A DNA stretch of 5,808 nucleotides from Takakia lepidozioides (lineage: Eukaryota > Plantae > Bryophyta): contig JAKLZA010000254.1 in assembly GCA_030704615.1 (NCBI GenBank), positions 1 to 5,808 on the forward strand, read 5' to 3'. The notes beneath the pieces were generated by a model, which searched no databases, was not told the DNA's origin, and was given only the letters and a program-made list of their open reading frames with translations. Below are positions 1 to 5,808 of this stretch, in pieces. Made by a program: the position numbers and the translations under genes. The first letter of the stretch is position 1. Each line of letters opens with the position of its first letter.

Positions 1-1
1 G

Positions 2-450
2 GTGATGCCTTTTGGGCTCACCAATGCACCAGCGACATTTAGCACGCTGGAATGAACAGCCTTTTCCAGGAGTGGTTGGATGACTTTGTGATCGTGTACA
101 TCGACGACATCTTGGTGTACTCGAAAACAAAGGAGGAGCACCTGGAGCACCTCAAAAGGGTGTTCCAAAAATTGCGAGAAGGGAAGCTGTATGCCAAAGC
201 TTCAAAGTGCGAATTCGGGGTCACAAAAGTGGAGTTCTTGGGGCACGTGATTACACAGGATGGGATCAAAATGGATGACAGAAAGGTGAGGGCGATCTTG
301 GACTGGGAGCCTCCGACTTCGGTCCCGGGAGTGCGATCCTTCCTAGGACTCGCCTCCTATTACCGGAAGTATGTGAGAAATTTCGCCAAGATCGCGGGGC
401 CGCTGTCGGACCTTCTGTGTAAATCCAAAGTCTGGGTATGGAACATTTTG
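2..450 (+). other. Reverse transcriptase domain, C-terminal part including thumb
   Basis: MPFGLTNAPATF, VYIDDILVYS, KCEF, EFLGHVI and RSFLGLASYYRKYVRNFA are canonical gypsy RT motifs. Confidence 0.96.
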
Positions 451-520
451 TGGCCAAGCTTTTGCTGAATTGAAGCAGCGGATGACGGAAGCTCCAGTCT
501 TAAAAATCCCGGAGTTCGAT

Positions 521-870
521 CGTCCGTTTGAGATTCATACAGATGCATCGGACTTCGCAATTGGGGTGTACTTATGCAAGATGGACGTCCAGTGGCTTAC
601 GAAAGTAAGAAACTGAATGAAGTGGAGCGACGGTGGCCGACGCACGAAAAAGAGATGAAGGCGGTGGTACATTGCCTTGAACTCTGGCGCCACTATGTTG
701 GTTCCAACCCAGTGAAGGTGTTCACGGACAATGTCACGGTGAAGTATTTTGCCACGCAGCCCAAGTTGTCCCCAAAACAACTTAGGTGGCAAGATACTTT
801 GGCAGTGTTCGACGTGGATATCCAGTACAAACCGGGACGGGACAATGTGGTGGCCGATGCTTTAAGTAGA
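521..870 (+). other. RNase H domain (Ty3/gypsy type)
   Basis: RPFEIHTDASDFAIG (frame 2, not in the ORF track) joins GVLMQDGRPVAYES...HEKEMKAVV...VFTDN...NVVADALSR. All four D/E/D/D catalytic residues are present. Confidence 0.95.
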
Positions 871-1039
871 AAGCAGCAGCTCTTGTTGGTGTACAAGGGC
901 GAGACGGCGCTCCAAAGGAAGATCCGGAAGGCTTGCCGGAAGGATGAGCTGGCAAAGTGCGTGATGCAGAACTTGAGAATGGGGGTTAAATCGCAGTTCC
1001 ACTTGCAAAAACGGACTGCTCCGGTATAAGCAAAAACGT

Positions 1040-2100
1040 CTCTATGTGCCAAGGGAGGGATCAGGGATAGTCTCTTGAGAGAATGCCATGATAGCCCGCT
1101 TGCGGGCCACGGTGGAGCCAAGCGCACTGCGGCACTCTTGAAGAAAGAGTATTTCTGGCCCAAACTGAGGGAGGAGGCAGAGGAGTATGTAAAGACATGC
1201 ACCACATGCCAACAAAACCGGAGCGAGTATAAAAAAGCAAGCGGGGCTGTTACAACCCTTGCCGATTCCAGAGGGGACTTGGGAAAGCGTCTCGATGGAT
1301 TTCATGACTGCTATGCCGCTGTCAAAAGGATTCGATGCAATCATGGTGGTGGTAGATAGGTTCAGTAAAAATGGCCCATTTCATCCCCACCAAGGAGACG
1401 GCTACTGCGCAGGAGACAGGGCGACTTTACTTCGCCCACGTCTTAAAGCATCATGGAGTCCCGAAGGATATTGTCTCGGACCGCGACCCAAAGTTTACGA
1501 GTAAATTCTGGAGAGCACTTTGGAAGAAGATGGGGACGAGGCTGAAGATGAGCACCGCCTTCCGACCTACGACGGACGGCCAAACGGAAAGAGTGAATTC
1601 CGTAGTGAAGCATTCTTGCGGAATTACGTGTCGGCAGACCAATCAGACTGGATGGAACACTTAGACGCGGCAGAGTTCTGTTATAATAACACAGAACACT
1701 CCGCGACGGGAGTTTCCCCTTTTGTGTTGGTCTATGGAAAAGCACCTCTGGTGCCGACAAGTTGGGCGCCCAGGACGTTGAGGAACCGGCAGTAGCGGCG
1801 GTACTTGAAGAACGCGAGCGTTTGTTGAAGCTCGCAAAGTACAACATTGCCAAAGCTAGGAAACGGTATGAAAGGCAGGCGAATCGGAAGCGGAGGGAAG
1901 TGAAGTTTGAGGCAGGCACAGAGGTCTGGTTGAACATCAAGAATTTTCGACTACCTCCGGAAATGAGTCCGAAGTTCGTACCTCCGTATGCGGGTCCCTT
2001 TCGCATTCGGAGGGTTATGAATGAGGATGTGTATGAATTGGAGCTGCCAGCAAACAGCAAGGTGCACCCAGTATTCCATGTCTCCCTTTTGAAGCCTTAC
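1040..2100 (+). other. Integrase: HHCC zinc finger, DDE core and GPY/F motif
   Basis: CHDSPLAGHGG...CTTCQ; WESVSMDF; [12 protein letters not shown]; [14 protein letters not shown]; TDGQTERVN with 35 residues between D and E; YAGPFRI...YELELP...HPVFHVSLLKPY. Confidence 0.95.
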
Positions 2101-2178
2101 TTCAAAGATGAAGCACGTCCGAATCGGCAGCAAGTGTTGCGTCCGCCACCTATGCTGTTGGATCATGAAAATGAACCC

Positions 2179-2331
2179 GAGTACGAGGTGGAGGCAATAC
2201 TTAAGTCGAGGAGGTTCAAGAACCGAGAAACGGAGTATCTCGTCAAATGGAAGGGCTATCATCTTGTGGAGGCATCTTGGGTGCGTGCCTCAGAAATGGG
2301 AAACGCATCCGAGGCAGTTGCAGCGTTCGAA
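2179..2331 (+). other. Integrase C-terminal chromodomain, group I-like (aromatic cage Y/W/Y retained)
   Basis: EYEVEAILKSR...EYLVKWKGY...ASW...MGNASEAVAAFE matches the classical chromodomain pattern. Confidence 0.92.
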
Positions 2332-2356
2332 GGGCGACCTCAAAAGCGGAAGAAGC

Positions 2357-2395
2357 GTTGATGGGGACATCAACCTTGGAGCGTGGGGGAGGAAA
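2357..2395 (+). promoter_or_regulatory. First pre-PPT hairpin and polypurine tract
   Basis: Stem GTTGATG (2357-2363), loop GGGA, CATCAAC (2368-2374), then purine-rich GGAGCGTGGGGGAGGAAA (2378-2395) directly before TG at 2396. Confidence 0.85.
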
Positions 2396-3228
2396 TGCAT
2401 GCTTAGCCCGGTTTAGCTAGCTCAGGAATCCGATTGCAAAAACTTGTATTGTACAAAAATTTGTGATAAAGGAAATGGGTTCCAAATATTGTGCGTCCTA
2501 TTGTGTTTGGAATGGTGATGCATGGTGTGGTTGGCTGGTGTGTAGAATGCATGCTAGCTTACAAAAGTGGGAGAGGTAAATTGGGTTAATCGTGTGTTTG
2601 CGCAGTGCCGAAATCGGGTGACTCCCATCCAAGGGGCAAGGAAACTTGCGCCTTATTTGGGAGTTCAAGTGCTAGTGCGCACCTGGCGCGTGCGCGTACT
2701 ATAACTGCGCTACCGAGGGGGTTGCCTTGTAGTGCGGGCTAACGCGGAAGCTACGTGCTTCCGTTCACGTACTATAATCGTGTAGCCTCGGGACGAAGTC
2801 GTAGTGCGGCTTCGGCGTGTTCCCGTACCTCAGGCCAGCATTCCAAGGCGGACCCAATTGTAGTGATTGGGGCGCACGGTTGGTTCAAGGTTATCTTCCT
2901 AGTCAAAGAGGGTTTCAGGTGAACCCTTGCTCAAGGTGATGCCAAAAGCGGCATCATGAGCGATCGCAAGCAATGTTGTTGCAGTAAGGCGATTCGATCC
3001 TCGGGGAGGATCGTTCCTTGGCCTTGAAGTAGGCCAAGAAGAGTGCACTGGGAGGAGCTGGAGAGGCTCCACCCTTGGCCGGGACTTGGAGGAAGTCGGC
3101 CGAACTAGCTAGTGGAGAGTGGAGTCAAGTGTGGGGTTTGGTTCTTTGCCATGGGACGCCATGGTACGGAAACAAACTCCTTGATGTGGGACGCCACAAC
3201 TTGGATGTTCGTTTCTACAAAATGGACA
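2396..3228 (+). repeat. Putative first LTR or LTR-like non-coding block; right boundary not found
   Basis: Starts with TG immediately after the first PPT, is non-coding and carries two CGTACTATAA motifs. No convincing inverted terminus ending in CA was found before the second PPT, so the end coordinate is nominal. Confidence 0.45.
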
Positions 3229-3267
3229 AGTCGATGAGGACATCGACTCCCTGTTGGTAGGGGTGTG
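3229..3267 (+). promoter_or_regulatory. Second pre-PPT hairpin and PPT-like tract
   Basis: Stem AGTCGATG (3229-3236), loop AGGA, CATCGACT (3241-3248), then GGTAGGGGTGTG (3256-3267) before TGTCGCG. Architecture and spacing match 2357-2395. Confidence 0.75.
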
Positions 3268-3993
3268 TGTCGCGGCCCTTTGCCTTGAGGGCAGGGGGTC
3301 GGGACACATGAGAGGCTGCCCCTGTGGTGGGGGCAGCGGCGGCGATAGGTATGGGGGGCTGAAGCACCCTTGAGTGCCCAAGGCACTCAAGGAGGCGGAG
3401 GCGCTCACTAGGTGGAGCCCCGCACACCGGGTTGCGGTGGAGGTGGCTCCACAAGGGGTGGTGGTAGCTTAGTGGGACTTAGTGGGGGTGGCATAGGACT
3501 CACCATGGGGTGGAGACCTCGAGGTGGGAGTCGTGGGGAGTCTTGGGACTCATCACGGTCCATTGGGGCCGCGGTGAGTGGGCCAAGACTCACCGCGACT
3601 CACCACCGGGAGTCGAGGGTTTTCGTGGTGGTTCGCCATAAAATGGCATGGCTGGTTATGAAACCCCCGCGGACAGCTACAGAAGTATATATAGGGAGTA
3701 GTAACCCCGAGAACGGTGCAAGCCCGTTGGTGACCAAAAACTAGTGAGTAAGCGAGCGAGCCGGAAAGCGACCAAAGAGTGGGGAGCTGTTCCGGACTGC
3801 CATCTACCAAAGGGAATTCTCCTAGTCCCAAAGAGGTGGAGGGTTTAGAGGGAAGCGAAGGGGGGACCGTTATGTCCCGGTGAGCAGCCGAAGCTCCAAG
3901 TTGGCCCGGGCGGCCAGGTTGGGAGTCAGGCGCGCGCATCAAAGCGAGTAACTATGACTTGAAGGGGAGCTTACCGGAGTGAGGTGCGCGACA
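3268..3993 (+). repeat. Long terminal repeat, 726 bp (3' LTR)
   Basis: Perfect 7-bp terminal inverted repeats TGTCGCG (3268-3274) and CGCGACA (3987-3993), preceded by a hairpin and PPT, with an internal TATA box. The sequence is GC-rich and no tRNA primer-binding site was recognised after it. Right flank CTTTG (3994-3998) is the candidate 5-bp target-site duplication. Confidence 0.8.
3686..3694 (+). promoter_or_regulatory. Probable LTR TATA box
   Basis: TATATATAG is the only TATA-like run in an otherwise GC-rich LTR and lies ~420 bp into it, a plausible U3/R boundary position. Confidence 0.65.
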
Positions 3994-4064
3994 CTTTGCC
4001 GCCATCATTGCCCCTCACGGATGTTGTCCATGCCTGTTGGACTTGCCATGTCTGGACATTTAAC

Positions 4065-4088
4065 TATAATTTCGGCGCCGAAATTATA
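4065..4088. repeat. Isolated perfect 24-bp palindrome, variant of the array unit
   Basis: TATAATTTCGGCGCCGAAATTATA equals its own reverse complement and shares the 18-bp core AATTTCGGCGCCGAAATT with the array. Confidence 0.95.
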
Positions 4089-4314
4089 CTTTATGTGCGG
4101 CAACGTCCCGTGCGAAAAAAGACCACTTTATGGATACTGTCAGTTTCAAATGAAAACAACGGCTAAAATGCAATTACTTTTCCCCCAACATGAAAAAATA
4201 TCCTCTTTCGACATTGGATAACGGCCTTTTGTAAGATAGAAGGGGTTGAATGTGCCGATTTCTGCATTAAATGCAGAATATTCGTGTTATCTTCGTCGGA
4301 ATGGATTATCTCCA

Positions 4315-5170
4315 ACGAATTTCGGAACATTACATCATCCAAAAGCAAGAAGTAAGTGTCGGGTTCGGACGAATTTCGGCGCCGAAATTCATCCGTCGCA
4401 TAGAAAATGTAATATTGCAATTCCTCATTGCGGACAGTAAGGATGAATTTCGGCGCCAAAATTCATCCATTTCAAAGAGAAATAAATATTGGAGGGAGGG
4501 CATTGGATGAATTTCGGCGCCGAAATTCATTGCTCGCGAAGCCAAAAGAAAATTAGAATGGAGGACTTGGATGAATTTCGGCGCCGAAATTCATCTGTCG
4601 CAAGGAAAAAGAAAAAGTAGAGAGGTCTTTGGACGAATTTCGGCGCCGAAATCCATCCGCAGGACAGCAGAATTAGAGTCGGAAAAGGACAAGAAGAATG
4701 AATTTCGGCTTCGAAATTCATCGATTCTGCCTATTCATGATTACTGTCATTCGGATGTCGGCACTGAAATGCGGACACGTGGTGAATCACGACTGTAATC
4801 ACGAACACATTCATCCGTATTTCGGCATCCAAATTGAACACTTACGTGCAGACACAATTTCATGAAGAAGATGTTCATCCGAATTTCGGCACCGAAATCC
4901 ATCCGTTGGGTGCTTGCACAGTTTCATGATGTGAACAAATTACGATTTCTGTCACCAGAATTCATCCACTGGCTTCCAAATCTATTACATGACAGAGATG
5001 TTCATCCAGATTTCGGTGCCGAAATTCATGGGAAGGCCTGATTTATTGTAGCCCAACTGGTGGTGCATCACAATTCAGGCACTGAGTATCCGATGTGAAC
5101 TTGGTATTGTCGTCCGTTTTTGTAACGTACGTTACACACCTTCATCCATACGTGCACTGATCACCCATCC
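4315..5170. repeat. Regularly spaced palindrome array (~64-bp period): 24-bp core ATGAATTTCGGCGCCGAAATTCAT with diverged 29-51-bp spacers
   Basis: Cores at 4315-4338 (degenerate), 4369-4392, 4443-4466, 4507-4530 (perfect), 4571-4594 (perfect), 4633-4656, 4698-4721, 4751-4774, 4815-4838, 4879-4902, ~4942-4965, 5006-5029, 5069-5092 (degenerate) and ~5144-5167 (very degenerate). Confidence 0.93.
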
Positions 5171-5236
5171 TGTTTGATACAGAATCCTCCAGAAAATCAT
5201 TGTGGTATTAGGTAGGACACACTCTTCTCATTGCAG

Positions 5237-5808
5237 GACTTCGCTGCGGAGCGTACCGAGAGGTCCCGTCTTCAACGTGTACTTCCATCCTCATTCTCTG
5301 AAAGCTAAAATACCCTGCGACCAAGGATTTGCGATTGTCACTGAGCAGTACTTGTGTGTGAAGTTCGGGCTCCGCCCTGGAACGGTGCTTTTGGAAGAGG
5401 AGACGAAGGATGCTTATGGAAATTTTCTAGAAAGTGTCGTCATTCTGCATGCAAATTTCGGAAAAGGCAAAGAGTGGCGGCTCCCAGCTTCTGAATCCAT
5501 CCGGTACAGTGCAATTGGTGAAATTGTGCCTAAAGAGTTCCCACGCTGGAACTTGGTTACTCCTCCTTCCACGAGAGGGTCTGGCGTGCAAGATGTGAAG
5601 TCTGCCATGAAGGATGTGGGCACCTCTTCACAAGCAGAGAAGCCCAATCATGTGAAAAGGGAAATGCAGGAAAACAGGGAAACAGTCGTCCACGACTTAT
5701 CCAGTGATGATGAAGACTGTATGGTCCTTCCATCGTATGTTTCGAAGTCGTCCGTCACTAGGAGTGTTCAGAAGTCGGCAAACAATGAGCACACACCCTC
5801 CGACTCAA
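5237..5808 (+). CDS. Probable coding exon of an unknown protein, open to the window end
   Basis: Frame +3 has no stop from 5178 to 5808, and an acceptor-like CTCTTCTCATTGCAG|G lies at 5222-5237. Translation from 5238: TSLRSVPRGPVFNVYFHPHSLKAKIPCDQGFAIVTEQYLCVKFGLRPGTVLLEEETKDAYGNFLESVVILHANFGKGKEWRLPASESIRYSAIGEIVPKEFPRWNLVTPPSTRGSGVQDVKSAMKDVGTSSQAEKPNHVKREMQENRETVVHDLSSDDEDCMVLPSYVSKSSVTRSVQKSANNEHTPSDS. It looks globular at the N-terminus and then disordered. No family recognised. Confidence 0.7.

Larger units (their letters stand above)
2..2361 (+). pseudogene. pol: pol polyprotein, 5'-truncated by the window and frameshifted as assembled (RT, RNase H, integrase, chromodomain)
   Basis: Joining frames gives VMPFGLTNAPATF (2-40), YIDD (97-108), FLGLASYYRKYV, TDASD (539-553), EKEMKAV, FTDN, ADALSR (853-870), H-X6-H...CTTC, SMDF, SDRD-X-TE with D(35)E spacing, AGPF and a chromodomain, ending at TGA 2359-2361. 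Frameshifts lie at about 50-51, 452-454, 563-566, 1007-1011, 1053-1055, 1231-1236, 1367-1371, 1607 and 1764-1766. Confidence 0.96.
1..3993 (+). mobile_element. Ty3/gypsy LTR retrotransposon (chromovirus), 3' portion: pol, PPT(s) and 3' LTR; may be two nested or chimeric elements
   Basis: Domain order RT-RNase H-integrase-chromodomain is the gypsy order. A PPT and TG follow the pol stop, an LTR with 7-bp terminal inverted repeats ends at 3993, and composition becomes more AT-rich shortly after 3993. Confidence 0.92.

Noticed and set aside
1007-1371. Programmed ribosomal frameshifting at the A-runs in pol
   Set aside because: There are too many shifts, in both directions and inside conserved domains. 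Gypsy programmed shifts occur at the gag-pol junction.
39-2416. Minus-strand and alternate-frame ORFs over pol (e.g. 693-1205, 1443-2060, 1951-2262, 2108-2416)
   Set aside because: They are shadow ORFs of the pol coding sequence with no recognisable motifs.
3455-3568. G-quadruplex in the LTR
   Set aside because: Several G-runs are present, but every set of four needs at least one loop of about 15 nt or more, and competing hairpins exist. Support is weak.
3075-3942. ORFs in the GC-rich LTR region (3075-3260, 3412-3744, 3553-3942 and others) as an extra or env-like gene
   Set aside because: They are short, low-complexity G/P/R-rich translations expected from GC content, with no domain or transmembrane pattern. 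The SMRTST end of 3075-3260 simply reflects the pre-PPT hairpin.
3994-4064. DNA-transposon terminal inverted repeat (e.g. CACTA) left of the array
   Set aside because: No CACTA/CACTG or other recognisable terminus was seen. A partner end would lie outside the window, or the end may have been displaced by the LTR insertion.
4443-4466. Array core as an E2F binding site
   Set aside because: It resembles TTTGGCGCCAAA-type E2F palindromes, but the consensus TTTCGGCGCCGAAA has an extra base on each side. This cannot be supported without binding data.
4163-4798. Short ORFs on both strands containing MNFGAEIH or DEFRRRNSS repeats
   Set aside because: These are translations of the DNA palindrome, giving the same peptide on both strands. 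The ~64-bp period is not a multiple of 3, so no repeat protein is encoded.
4315-5170. Calling the palindrome array a true CRISPR array
   Set aside because: The context is eukaryotic (LTR retrotransposon, splice site) and no cas gene is in the window. The repeats are loop-less perfect palindromes, and neighbouring spacers share sequence, which indicates tandem duplication rather than spacer acquisition.
5453-5461. Half-site AAATTTCGG inside the downstream ORF
   Set aside because: It is a single short match with no second arm, far from the array, and compatible with chance.

Overview
Eukaryotic genomic DNA with three parts; a non-seed plant, alga or fungus is suggested only indirectly by the retroelement type. 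(1) 1-2361 is the 3' two-thirds of a Ty3/gypsy chromovirus pol (RT, RNase H, integrase, GPY/F motif, group I-type chromodomain). It is broken by nine small frameshifts, nearly all in homopolymer runs, but has no in-frame stop once reassembled. (2) 2357-3993 holds two successive gypsy 3'-end signatures (GGAC-type hairpin, polypurine tract, TG start) at about 2357-2397 and 3229-3274. The second opens a well-bounded 726-bp LTR (TGTCGCG...CGCGACA, 3268-3993), and both non-coding blocks are dense in hairpins. (3) 4065-5170 is an array of about 15 copies of a 24-bp palindrome (ATGAATTTCGGCGCCGAAATTCAT) separated by diverged ~40-bp spacers. Centre-to-centre distances fall at 53-54, 62-65 and 74-75 bp, about 5, 6 and 7 helical turns. 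A splice acceptor and a 190-codon open frame (5237 to window end), absent from the ORF track, follow directly. The phased palindrome array with its downstream unknown gene is the most interesting unexplained element. All coordinates were read by eye and no database search was run.
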